From positions 5,531 to 69,530 of the forward strand of contig JAUWQL010000001.1 of NCBI GenBank assembly GCA_030611105.1: a DNA stretch of 64,000 nucleotides. Direction: 5' to 3'. Position 1 is the first letter of the stretch. Every line of letters begins with the position of its first letter. Source of the stretch: Bacteroidales bacterium. Its GTDB lineage: Bacteria; Bacteroidota; Bacteroidia; Bacteroidales; UBA12077. A program made the position numbers and the translations under genes. Below, one piece after another: positions 48,005 to 57,968 of the stretch. A model generated the notes under the pieces. The model was not told where the DNA came from. It did not search any database and saw only the letters and a program-made list of their open reading frames with translations.

Positions 48005-49183
48005 CTAATTTATAGTTAATTCAGTAGATTCAGAGTGTTTCCGGATTAATTCAGTTTTATTTTCTCTCGTTTTGATTTTATCATAAACATGAACCACATC
48101 AAAATCGTTAGCTTTAATCTGGCAGTAGATTTCTTGTCCTTCGTGCAGGTATAAATTATTTATTATTCCTTGCGATATTTCCACAAATAATTCAAATCCG
48201 CAATCTACAACACAAAAAACAGCTTCATAATTATGAATAATTTGTTTTATGGTTCCTTTCAATTGATTTTGTATTGTTGTCCCTTTTTGTTTTTCAAGGC
48301 TCAGTGCAACATCAATAGGCCTGAGGCTTAGTTGAATTCTTGTTCCTTGTTTAATACCTGCATTCAAAAGCCTGGAATGATTTGAGACTTTAACTTCAAT
48401 AATTTGATTTAATAGAAGATTGTAAATATTTTCCGTTTGATTAAAACTTTTAAATGCAACTTCAAAAGTGTTTTGAAATTTCTTGGGTCGAACCAATTCC
48501 GGTTTTTCACCATTTTTTATTATGGTAAAAACATCGCCTGAAGCTGTTGATTTTCCATTTTCAATAATTATAATTTTGCGAGTTAACTTCAAAATATCTT
48601 CTAAATGATGACTTATTATAACCATTGGAATTTGAAAATGATTATTTATTCTGAGCAAATACGAAATAATTTGCTTTCTTTTAGAACAGTCAACGTTCGA
48701 GAATGGTTCGTCGAGTAAAAGTAATCTGGGTTGGGAGAGTAAGGCTCTTCCAATAGCAACCCTTTGTCGCTCGCCACCTGAAAGCTGCCTTGGCTTTTTA
48801 TTAAGCAAAGGAACAATATCCAAAAGACTTACAATATCTTCAAATGAAATATATTGTGTTTTATTTTTTATATAAGGTTTGCTATACAATAAATTCTTTT
48901 TTACAGAAAGATGTGGAAACAGGTAATTTTCCTGGAAAACATAGCCAATGTTTCGATTTTTACCTTGTATTATATGGTCTTGTTCTATATCAACTAAAAT
49001 CTCAGAATCAAGCTTTATTTTGCCTTTTTTGGGTGTGTCAACTCCTGATAACAAATTGAATAAAGTAGTTTTACCTGCGCCTGAAGGGCCGAAAACTCCG
49101 GTTATTGAGCTATCTGTTTGGAAATCATAATGAAAATGATTATTCCCCAATTTATGTTCAACCGATTCGAATCTGATAATCAT
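48005..49183 (-). CDS. modC: molybdate ABC transporter ATP-binding protein with C-terminal TOBE/Mop domain
   Basis: Walker A GPSGAGKTT, signature LSGGERQRV, and Walker B LLLLDEP. It sits after modA and modB. Confidence 0.85.
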   Translation of the reverse strand: MIIRFESVEHKLGNNHFHYDFQTDSSITGVFGPSGAGKTTLFNLLSGVDTPKKGKIKLDSEILVDIEQDHIIQGKNRNIGYVFQENYLFPHLSVKKNLLYSKPYIKNKTQYISFEDIVSLLDIVPLLNKKPRQLSGGERQRVAIGRALLSQPRLLLLDEPFSNVDCSKRKQIISYLLRINNHFQIPMVIISHHLEDILKLTRKIIIIENGKSTASGDVFTIIKNGEKPELVRPKKFQNTFEVAFKSFNQTENIYNLLLNQIIEVKVSNHSRLLNAGIKQGTRIQLSLRPIDVALSLEKQKGTTIQNQLKGTIKQIIHNYEAVFCVVDCGFELFVEISQGIINNLYLHEGQEIYCQIKANDFDVVHVYDKIKTRENKTELIRKHSESTELTIN

Positions 49184-49863
49184 CGTACAAAATATTTTTT
49201 CTTTTTATTAAGATATTCCGATGCAATAATAGCCAAAAGTGAAATAATTACTGAAATGATAACAAGCCGGGTTACTTGCATTTCTTTGCCCGGAATTTGC
49301 ATATTGGAATATACATTTAAGGCAATAGTTTGTGTTTTTCCCAATATATTTCCTGCAAATGAAATCGTAGCACCAAATTCTCCCAGGCTACGTGCAAAAG
49401 CTAAGACAGCACCACTTAAAATTCCAGGGAAAGCCAGTGGTAAATAAACCCTGAAAAATGTTCCTGTTTTTGATGCTCCCAACGAACTGGATGCTTTCTC
49501 ATAATTAGGGTCAACCAACTCGAAAGCCGATTTTATATTTCGCACTGCTAATGGAAGCGAAACTACAACCGAAGCAATAATCAATGCTGCAAAATTGAAT
49601 GCCAGTTTTATACCCATAGTTTCATAAAGCCAATGGCCAATAATCCCATTTTTGCCTAATATGATTAATAATAAATAACCCGTTACAACAGGTGGAGCAA
49701 CTAAAGGAATATTTACTAATCCTTCTACCAGAAATTTACCTGCAAAGTTTTTTCTGGCAAGAATCCAGCCTAACCAAATCGCTAAAGGCAATGTTAGTAA
49801 AGTGCTTGTTAGTGCAACCTTTAAGGTCAAAAAAATTACTGATATTTCTTCTGAACTAAACAT
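49180..49863 (-). CDS. modB: molybdate ABC transporter permease
   Basis: 227 aa; EAA-loop-like FARSLGEFGATISFAGN typical of ModB/CysTW permeases. Confidence 0.87.
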   Translation of the reverse strand: MFSSEEISVIFLTLKVALTSTLLTLPLAIWLGWILARKNFAGKFLVEGLVNIPLVAPPVVTGYLLLIILGKNGIIGHWLYETMGIKLAFNFAALIIASVVVSLPLAVRNIKSAFELVDPNYEKASSSLGASKTGTFFRVYLPLAFPGILSGAVLAFARSLGEFGATISFAGNILGKTQTIALNVYSNMQIPGKEMQVTRLVIISVIISLLAIIASEYLNKKKKYFVR

Positions 49864-49869
49864 CTTAGA

Positions 49870-50664
49870 TTATAAATTGTCAGTAGTGAATCCGTATTTA
49901 TTCAAAATTTCTTTGGTTGTTTCGCTTTTAAAATAATGATATAACTCCTGAACATTATAATTTTCATTTAAGAGTGCAATATAAAAAATAATAGGATCAT
50001 ATAATTCTTGTGGAACCTCATAAACAATTTTTACTTTGTCTGATTTTATGGCTTCAGAATAATATACAATTCCCCAATCGCATTCACCTAATATAACATA
50101 ATGTAAAACTGATGTAACATCTTTTGCTAAAATAATATTAGTACGTATTTGATTATACCAGTCCAGAGAATCAAGTGCTTGTTTTGCATATTTCCCAACA
50201 GGAACATATTTCGGATCACCCATTGAAATTTTATCTGTTATGGCTGATTTTATATTGAATTCTTTAGTAAAATCAAGATTAACTTCTTTATTCTTTGGAC
50301 AGATTACAACAAGTTTATTTTTTGCTAATTCCGAAACAGAATTTTCAATTAATAATTCATTATCACATAAAAAATCAATCCACTGTTTATTGGATGAAAT
50401 GTAAATATCAGCTTCGGCACCTGCTTTAATTTGTCGTGCAAGTGTTCCAGATGCGGCAAAGTTTTTTTCTATTTCAATGTTATTTTGAGATATAAATGAA
50501 TCACAAATCTCATTGCCAGGAAGCATTGTCCCTCCAGCCGCAAATAACTGAATCCTGAAAGGCCTATTATTGTTATTAGATTTTTCACGACATGAATATT
50601 GAAGTCCTATAAGAATGAATAGAAGAAAAATTAAAATGGATTTTATATAATTTTTAATTTTCAA
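49870..50664 (-). CDS. modA: molybdate ABC transporter substrate-binding lipoprotein
   Basis: Lipobox LQYSC; ModA-like segments FAASGTLARQI and DIYISSN. Confidence 0.83.
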   Translation of the reverse strand: MKIKNYIKSILIFLLFILIGLQYSCREKSNNNNRPFRIQLFAAGGTMLPGNEICDSFISQNNIEIEKNFAASGTLARQIKAGAEADIYISSNKQWIDFLCDNELLIENSVSELAKNKLVVICPKNKEVNLDFTKEFNIKSAITDKISMGDPKYVPVGKYAKQALDSLDWYNQIRTNIILAKDVTSVLHYVILGECDWGIVYYSEAIKSDKVKIVYEVPQELYDPIIFYIALLNENYNVQELYHYFKSETTKEILNKYGFTTDNL

Positions 50665-50888
50665 AGTGTAATAAATGATTTATAAGAAGTAAAATTATAA
50701 AAATTTATTTAACATCATGATTTGTAACAGACTTTAGATAGTTGTTCTGTGCAGATTTTATTTTACTTAATAATTTTCTTTTTAAAGGTATAATTGAAGT
50801 GAAAAACAAAAATTATTCTAGTGTTAATGTATTTTGCAAAGGATAGGTGGTAATAAAAAAGGCCCTTAAAAAAGAGCCTTTTACTAAC

Positions 50889-52322
50889 TTAAACTTTCAA
50901 CTTTTTTTCAATTGATTCTATCTGACTTTTAAAACGTTTGTCTGTGTCCATTAAATTATTTACTGTTTTACAGGCATGCAGTACAGTAGCGTGATCTTTC
51001 CCACCTATCATAGCCCCAATAGAAGCTAAAGATGATTTGGTCATAGATTTAGAAAAATACATTGCTATTTGGCGTGCCTGAACAATTTCTCGCTTGCGTG
51101 TTTTTGATTGTAATAAATCAGGAGTCAAACTGAAATAATCGCAGACAACTTTTTGGATATAATCAATAGAAATTTCTTTCTTTGAATTTTTTACTAATCT
51201 GTCGATCATTTGCTTGGCTAATTCCAGGGTAATCTCTTTTTTATTTAAGGTTGATTGAGCCAATAATGATATTAAGGCACCTTCTAATTCTCTAATATTT
51301 GTTGTAATGTGTGATGCAATGTATTCAATTACTTCATCTGGCATATCAATACCGTCATGATATATCTTCTGACGTAATATTGCGCTTCGAGTTTCATAAT
51401 CCGGAGCTTGTAAGTCAGCTGATAAACCCCATTTAAATCTTGAAAGCAAGCGTTGCTCCATTCCTTGCATTTCAACAGGTGCTTTATCAGATGTTAAAAT
51501 TAATTGTTTTCCCGATTGGTGTAATTGATTAAATATGTGGAAGAATATATCCTGTGTTTTTTCTTTTCCTGCAAATTCATGAACATCATCAATAATTAAA
51601 ACATCTATCATTTGATAAAAGTGTAAGAAATCGTTTCTGTTATTATTTCTTACTGATTCAACAAATTGAGTTTGGAATTTATTTGCATTAACATAAAGAA
51701 CTGTTTTTTCCGGAAATTGTTCTTTTACTTTAATTCCAATAGCTTGTGATAAATGAGTCTTACCTAAACCAGAATCACCATATAAAAATAGCGGATTAAA
51801 AGCAGTTCCTCCCGGGTTATCACCAACAGCATCTCCTGCAGATCTTGCAAGTCTGTTACATTCACCTTCAACAAAATTATTAAAGCTATTATCAGGATTT
51901 AATCTGGGATCAACATGTAACTTTTTTATTCCAGGAATTACAAATGGATTTTTTATTGACTTTTCTTCAGAGCTAATGGGTACAGTAACAGGTTTGTTTT
52001 TTAATTCTGTTTTGTAGTTTGTTGGAAATTTTACAGTAAATGGTTTATTATTTGAATACACGCTGTTTTCCATAACAACACTATACTCTAATTTGGCATC
52101 GTCGCCTAATTCTTTACGAAGTGTTTTTCTTAGAATATCTATATATTGTTCTTCAAGATATTCATAAAAGAAAGGACTTGGGACTTGAATAGTTAATACA
52201 TTTCCTTCTAATTTAATTGGAACAATAGGTTCAAACCATGTTCGGAAACTAATTGAAGGTACATTGTCTTTGATAATTCTTAAGCAATTGCTCCAAATTT
52301 CATGATAGTTTTTAGTATCCAT
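50889..52322 (-). CDS. dnaA: chromosomal replication initiator protein DnaA
   Basis: 477 aa; Walker A GDSGLGKTHL, IIDDVHEF, the sensor region, and the domain IV DNA-binding segment IGGKDHATVLHA. Confidence 0.96.
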   Translation of the reverse strand: MDTKNYHEIWSNCLRIIKDNVPSISFRTWFEPIVPIKLEGNVLTIQVPSPFFYEYLEEQYIDILRKTLRKELGDDAKLEYSVVMENSVYSNNKPFTVKFPTNYKTELKNKPVTVPISSEEKSIKNPFVIPGIKKLHVDPRLNPDNSFNNFVEGECNRLARSAGDAVGDNPGGTAFNPLFLYGDSGLGKTHLSQAIGIKVKEQFPEKTVLYVNANKFQTQFVESVRNNNRNDFLHFYQMIDVLIIDDVHEFAGKEKTQDIFFHIFNQLHQSGKQLILTSDKAPVEMQGMEQRLLSRFKWGLSADLQAPDYETRSAILRQKIYHDGIDMPDEVIEYIASHITTNIRELEGALISLLAQSTLNKKEITLELAKQMIDRLVKNSKKEISIDYIQKVVCDYFSLTPDLLQSKTRKREIVQARQIAMYFSKSMTKSSLASIGAMIGGKDHATVLHACKTVNNLMDTDKRFKSQIESIEKKLKV

Positions 52323-52658
52323 TTAACTTATAAACATTTAAAATTTTCCACTACTTTTTTAATTGCCTTAACAAATTTGTTTAAAAAAAAAGGAAAAAAA
52401 AAATTAAAATGTGTTGTTTTTTTGAATAAATATATATGGGTTTTTGTATCAGACTTTTAATTTTAAAAACTTTTTTTATTTTTGTTAAATATCAGATAAT
52501 CAGAGCAATGAACTTTTTGCGTGTTAAGGTTTTGTTAACTAATCGTTTAATTAAAATTAACTAAACAAAAGTTTTATCAAAAAGATTTTTGAAATGAATA
52601 TTCGTCAAAAAAATGAAATTTAGATTTAGTCTAAGCAAATAGAAGACTGTTTTGTCTT

Positions 52659-53591
52659 TTATTTCTTGTCTTTTTTTCCAAACAATGAAAAATGAACATA
52701 ACGATTCGGATTTTCATTTAAATCAATAATTAAACTATCCAAATCTGCTGCAAGATTATTTAGGTTAATATACAAAGAATCATTATTGATTAACATTCCA
52801 ATTGTACCTTCTCCATTATTTATTTTACTTGCAATCTGACTAAACTCAGCTAAAGTTTTATTGGCATTTAAAATAGTTGCTTTAATATTGGCTTGTTCAA
52901 TTGAATTGCTGATGTTCGAGAAATTTGTTAATATATTTGAAATTTGCTCGTTATTGTCTTTAAGATTGCTGGAAATGGATTCTGCATTACTTAAAATCTT
53001 AGCAAGTTTTGAATTTTCCGAATCAAGTAATTCGTTTAACTCATTAGTTATTTTGTTTATATTATCTAATGAGTTTTTTAAGTTTTCTTTTCTTTGATTA
53101 TCAAAAATAGCAAGAACAGAGTCTATTGAAACTACCAAATCTTCTATTTTGTTTTTTACAGGCAACAATTCATTGCTTAAGCTACTTATTATATCTTGCT
53201 CTAAAATTCCAATAATAGTATCACCATTTGCATGATATTCTGTTGAATTGGAAAATTCGAGTTTAATTGCTTTACCCGCAATTAACGTTGCAGGGTGGAT
53301 TATCGCTTTCGAGTTTTTTGGTAAGTTAATATCTTCTTCAACAGAAAATTTAACAATAATTTTATCTCGTTTAAACTTAAGCAATTTTATCGACTCAACA
53401 ACTCCAACCTTATAACCGCTTATAAAAACAGGGTTAGCCTCTTCTAAACCATCAATATTTGAATAAACAGCATAAAAAGAATCGTTTGTTGATAAAATAT
53501 TTTTCCCTTTTAAAAAATTAAATCCCCATACAAAAAGTGCAATAATAACGGCGGCAGTAATTCCAATTTTAGTTTCCTTATTTAATTTCAT
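52659..53591 (-). CDS. MlaD/MCE-domain protein
   Basis: N-terminal TM, an MCE-like beta domain (GLEEANPVFISGYKVGVV), and a long coiled-coil tail. Confidence 0.72.
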   Translation of the reverse strand: MKLNKETKIGITAAVIIALFVWGFNFLKGKNILSTNDSFYAVYSNIDGLEEANPVFISGYKVGVVESIKLLKFKRDKIIVKFSVEEDINLPKNSKAIIHPATLIAGKAIKLEFSNSTEYHANGDTIIGILEQDIISSLSNELLPVKNKIEDLVVSIDSVLAIFDNQRKENLKNSLDNINKITNELNELLDSENSKLAKILSNAESISSNLKDNNEQISNILTNFSNISNSIEQANIKATILNANKTLAEFSQIASKINNGEGTIGMLINNDSLYINLNNLAADLDSLIIDLNENPNRYVHFSLFGKKDKK

Positions 53592-53737
53592 CTTTTAATA
53601 TTTTCAATTTACCTTAATAAAAATTTTAATCTGATATTATTAGTAACAATTAGTTATTTTATTTACTATATAAAATCTGTGTAATGTTCATCTATTATTT
53701 AGTGTGTTTTATACATTGATAATTCATTTTTGAAAAA

Positions 53738-54904
53738 TTATTGTTTGATCTTATTTAGAGCCTCATTAAGAGGAATTAAATTTCTATTCTCGTCAATAGC
53801 AATAATAAAAGCATCCGGAAAATTTTCTTCAACAATTTTTTTGTATTTCACAATTTTCTCAAAATCTGATGTTGAACCAATAGTATATTTATAGTATTCA
53901 TCAAATTTATATTCTTCAATATTTTCAAATCCTTTAAAAAAATCGGAAGAAACAGGAATTGAGTTAGTTGATGATGCTATTTGTACCTTAAAGGAAATAG
54001 GATTTACAAGCGTATTTGAATCAGCTAAATCAACTTTTGGATTTGAACTTTGGTTTTGAAAATTTGAATCAATTTTTGCTACAAACTGACTTTTTTCTTC
54101 AATTGCAATTTTATAACTTTTAAATGCGCGGTATATAGCTGAAGCAATGTATTCTTGCCCTTCGGTACTCATAAGATATCTTTCCTCTTGTGGGTTAGTT
54201 AAAAATCCTGCTTCAATAAGTACACTGGGCATAGTTGTTTTCCAAAGTACAAGGAACCCTGCTTGTTTAACGCCGCGGCTTTTTCTCAATACTCTTGTTT
54301 CAAATTCATTTTCGACAAATGCCGCATAATTTAAGCTTTGCTCCAAAAAGGTATTTTGAAGAAATGAAAAAATTATATATGACTCTGCAGAATGTGGGTC
54401 GAATCCTTCATATTTGGTCGAATAATCTTCTTCAAACAGTATAGCTGAATTTTCAATTTTTGCTACTTCTAAATTACCATCGGTCTTATGTAATCCCATA
54501 GCATAAGTCTCTGTACCATATGCCCTGGTGTCTTTGTTGCCATTTAAATGAATAGAAATGAATAAGTCTGCTTTATTTCTGTTTGCTATATCAGCTCTTT
54601 CATTTAGCGGAATAAAAACATCTGTTGTTCTCGTGTAAATAACCTTGACTTTCGGCAGGTTTTCTTCAATATATGTTCCGAGTTTAAGGGCAATAGCTAA
54701 TGCAATGTCTTTTTCTTTTGCTTTTCTTCCGGATGTACCATCATCTCTACCGCCATGGCCTGCATCTATTACGACTGTTTTAATGGAATATTTTTCTTCA
54801 ATTTGGCCATAACTGGTAGATGTTAAACATAAATTAAGAAAAATTAACAATAAAATTATTAACTGGCATCTAATTTGTTTAAAAAAATTCGTTATAAAAG
54901 ACAT
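53738..54904 (-). CDS. N-acetylmuramoyl-L-alanine amidase (Amidase_3) with C-terminal SPOR-like domain
   Basis: VVIDAGHGG, LFISIHLN and EAGFLTN motifs. The C-terminal FKVQIASS...YKYTIGS resembles SPOR. Confidence 0.85.
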   Translation of the reverse strand: MSFITNFFKQIRCQLIILLLIFLNLCLTSTSYGQIEEKYSIKTVVIDAGHGGRDDGTSGRKAKEKDIALAIALKLGTYIEENLPKVKVIYTRTTDVFIPLNERADIANRNKADLFISIHLNGNKDTRAYGTETYAMGLHKTDGNLEVAKIENSAILFEEDYSTKYEGFDPHSAESYIIFSFLQNTFLEQSLNYAAFVENEFETRVLRKSRGVKQAGFLVLWKTTMPSVLIEAGFLTNPQEERYLMSTEGQEYIASAIYRAFKSYKIAIEEKSQFVAKIDSNFQNQSSNPKVDLADSNTLVNPISFKVQIASSTNSIPVSSDFFKGFENIEEYKFDEYYKYTIGSTSDFEKIVKYKKIVEENFPDAFIIAIDENRNLIPLNEALNKIKQ

Positions 54905-54964
54905 CTTCTTTATAATGTATACAATATTTTAATTAGTTTTGGAACTCGAAAAAGTAAACTGTAA

Positions 54965-57676
54965 TTGCACAAAAATAGTATAATTAAATTGTATTTAAAA
55001 TTTAGATATTTCGTTTTTTTATTTGTATTGATTATTTGTATTCCAATCAAAAGTTTTCCCCAAAAAGAAAAAATTGGAAGAACGATTGATTCGAATAATG
55101 AAAATAATAGCATAACTACAGATACAACTTCCATAAGTGATTCAATTTCAGTTGATGTAAGCAAAAAAAGTGATAGTTTTATTGATGCCAAAGTAATCTA
55201 TAGTGCAACAGATTCAATTGTATTATCGAGTGATTCAAAGAAAGTTTTTTTATACACAAAAGCTAAAATAGAATATGGCGATATTGTTTTAGAAGCCGAT
55301 TATATTGAATATGATCAGGAAAGAAATTTTGTTTTTGCCAGAGGAGTGGAAGATACACTGGGAAATCTTTTAGGGAAACCAAAATTTATTGAAAAAAGCG
55401 ATGAGTTTATAGCCAGAACAATTAAATATAATTTTAAAACAAAAAAAGGTTATATTGAAGATGTATTTACCGAAGAAGAACAAGGATTTTTACATAGCGC
55501 CGAAACAAAAAAGTTAGCAGATAATAGCTTGCTTTTAAAAAATGGAAAATATACAACTTGTGACAACGAAGAACACCCGCATTTTTACCTGAAAATGTCT
55601 AAAGCTAAGGTTGTCCCAAATGATAAAATAATTTCAGGCCCCGCATATATGGTAATGCATGATATTCCGATTAAGGTTCTGGGTGTTCCTTTTGTTTTTT
55701 TTCCGAACCAAAGCGAATATTCATCAGGTATTATGCCACCTAAATATGGTGAAGAAAAAAAACGTGGTTTCTTTCTTCAGGACGGAGGATACTATTTTGG
55801 AATTAGCGATAAAATGGACTTGAAATTAACTGGTGATATTTTCTCAAATGGTTCGTGGGGAAGTGATATAAATTTTCATTATAAAAAGAGGTATAAATTT
55901 GATAGTAAATTTAATTTCAGTTATGCCGAGTTTATTAAAAGCGAAGAAGGATTGCCTGATTATTCAAAAACAAAAAATATGGCCATTCGGTGGACTCATA
56001 CTCAGGATGCAAAAGCAAACCCAAACTCAAAATTTTCAGCAAGTGTAAATTATAGTACTTCATCTTTTGATGAGTTTAACAGTAAAACATTAGATCAAAG
56101 AGCAACAAATACAAAACAATCTAATATTTCTTATGGTAAGAATTGGCCAGGCAGTCCATTTCGTTTTAATATGAACTTAAAACATTCACAGAACAGTAAT
56201 ACAAATAATGTTAGTCTTACTTTACCTGTTATGACTTTTAATATGGATAGGCAAAATCCATTTAGAAGGAAAAACCCGACAGGTGATATGAAATGGTACG
56301 AAGATATTGAAATTCAGTATAGTTCAAAATTAGAGAATAGAATTACTACCGCAGATAGCTTACTTTTTCATGGTACAGAATTCTCGGATTTCGAAAATGG
56401 TTTCCAACACAATATTCCGTTAAGCACTAATTTTAAAATCTTGAACCATTTTAATTTAAGTCCAAGACTTGAGTATACTGGTATATTATATCCTAACTAT
56501 GTGAAATATACATCAGAAATAAAAGTTGATACTGCAGGTAATAGTTATGTTGATATTGATACAATAAATCAACCTACTATAAAATATGCACATTTAGTTA
56601 AACCCTCAATTTCTTTGAGTGTAGGACCGAATATGTATGGTATGTATCAGTTTAAAAACCCTGATTCCAAGGTAATAGCAATCAGACATGTCATTACACC
56701 TTCGGCAGGTATCTCATATACACCAGATTTAGGAAGTATGGTTGATGGGTATTATGATACTTATTATACAGATACTTCTTTAAATTTAAGGGAATATTCA
56801 ATATTTGAAAATGGAATTTATAGATTGCCGGCAGCTCCCGGCCAAAGTGGTTCTATAAGTTTCGGATTGAATAATAACCTGGAAATGAAGGTTCGTAACG
56901 ATGAAGATACAACAGGTAGCGGAACAAAGAAAATTAAACTTTTAGAGAGTTTCAAATTATCAACAAGTTATAACATTTTTGCCGAAGAATTTAATTGGGC
57001 GCCTATTTCAATAAGAGGAAGAACATCCGTATTTAATAATAAGCTAAGTATAAATTTTGGTGGGACTTTGGATACTTACGCATTGGATTCAATTACTGGA
57101 ATAGTATTAAACAGGTCGCAATGGTTTTATTATGAAGATGAATCCTTTTTTAAAAGGATTGGAAGATTAGAACGCTTTGATTTTTCTTTAGATTTTAAGT
57201 TAAATTCAAAAAAAGAAACAGGGAGTGGAGATCCCCAGAGTCCGGGAAGGGATATGCCAAAGGGAGATAGATTTTCTCGTGATCAGGATCAATATATGTA
57301 TGATATGCAGGACCAGATTGTTACGTATGTTGATTTTGATATTCCATGGAATTTAGGTGTAAATTATAAGTTTGTATATTCGAAACCAGGTTTTGAAGAT
57401 TCTAAAAAAATTACTCAAACAATGAGCTTGTCCGGTAATATTAGCTTAACAAAAAAATGGAAAATAAGTTTCAGGGCAAATTATGATCTGGTTGAAAACG
57501 AACTTTCTAATGCATCACTAAATTTACATCGCGATTTGCACTGCTGGGAAGCATCTTTTAGCTGGATACCGGTAGGGTATATGCAGAGTTATACTTTTCA
57601 AATAAATGTTAAAGGATCCGTTTTGGGTGATTTATTAAAATATGATAAACGTAAATCTTGGCAGGATAATTTATAG
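54965..57676 (+). CDS. lptD: LptD/OstA-like LPS-assembly outer-membrane protein
   Basis: 903 aa; OstA-like N-terminal repeats (AKVIYSATDSIVL ... GDIVLEADYIEYD) and a large beta-barrel. There is no in-frame ATG before about codon 211, so the start must be a TTG (54965 or 54989). Confidence 0.7.
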   Translation: MHKNSIIKLYLKFRYFVFLFVLIICIPIKSFPQKEKIGRTIDSNNENNSITTDTTSISDSISVDVSKKSDSFIDAKVIYSATDSIVLSSDSKKVFLYTKAKIEYGDIVLEADYIEYDQERNFVFARGVEDTLGNLLGKPKFIEKSDEFIARTIKYNFKTKKGYIEDVFTEEEQGFLHSAETKKLADNSLLLKNGKYTTCDNEEHPHFYLKMSKAKVVPNDKIISGPAYMVMHDIPIKVLGVPFVFFPNQSEYSSGIMPPKYGEEKKRGFFLQDGGYYFGISDKMDLKLTGDIFSNGSWGSDINFHYKKRYKFDSKFNFSYAEFIKSEEGLPDYSKTKNMAIRWTHTQDAKANPNSKFSASVNYSTSSFDEFNSKTLDQRATNTKQSNISYGKNWPGSPFRFNMNLKHSQNSNTNNVSLTLPVMTFNMDRQNPFRRKNPTGDMKWYEDIEIQYSSKLENRITTADSLLFHGTEFSDFENGFQHNIPLSTNFKILNHFNLSPRLEYTGILYPNYVKYTSEIKVDTAGNSYVDIDTINQPTIKYAHLVKPSISLSVGPNMYGMYQFKNPDSKVIAIRHVITPSAGISYTPDLGSMVDGYYDTYYTDTSLNLREYSIFENGIYRLPAAPGQSGSISFGLNNNLEMKVRNDEDTTGSGTKKIKLLESFKLSTSYNIFAEEFNWAPISIRGRTSVFNNKLSINFGGTLDTYALDSITGIVLNRSQWFYYEDESFFKRIGRLERFDFSLDFKLNSKKETGSGDPQSPGRDMPKGDRFSRDQDQYMYDMQDQIVTYVDFDIPWNLGVNYKFVYSKPGFEDSKKITQTMSLSGNISLTKKWKISFRANYDLVENELSNASLNLHRDLHCWEASFSWIPVGYMQSYTFQINVKGSVLGDLLKYDKRKSWQDNL

Positions 57677-57968
57677 TTCAATGTTTAAAGTTTCAGGTTT
57701 CAGGTTTCAAGTCTGACCATTCATGAATATGGTTGTCACTTAGTTTAGTTTTTAAGTTTCATTGTTAATAACTCTATTTAATAATTAATACTTCAATTCA
57801 TACCTTTACATCTGTAAAGTGAAACGGAGATTGGCTCTGCTGAGGAGCAACCAATCAAGGGATAGCTTTACCTATCGAAAATGAGAGGAGGATGAGTTTT
57901 GCTTTTCCTCCTTTTTCAGGTTTAAAGGTATAAATATTTTTGATTGTTCATTCCTAAAAAAACCTTTC

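Noticed and set aside
50665-50888. Moco riboswitch upstream of modA.
   Set aside because: The leader is AT-rich with no GC-rich multi-stem structure or conserved Moco-motif blocks visible by eye. A covariance-model scan is needed for a definitive answer.
52343-52351. DnaA box cluster.
   Set aside because: Only one degenerate box (TTTTCCACT) was seen, with no perfect TTATCCACA or TGTGGATAA. The origin call is kept as a low-confidence hypothesis only.
54910-55191. 93-aa hydrophobic minus-strand ORF.
   Set aside because: It overlaps the signal-peptide and N-terminal region of the LptD-like gene on the other strand. It has no supporting motif and probably reflects AT-rich codon bias.
57810-57900. 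Glycine-riboswitch-like words (GGAGA ... GGAGCAA ... CAAGGGA) in the IS3 tail.
   Set aside because: Only short word matches are present. The expected P1/P3 helices, the CACCGAAGG core and the tandem-aptamer context are missing, and the segment lies inside an IS with no downstream regulated gene.
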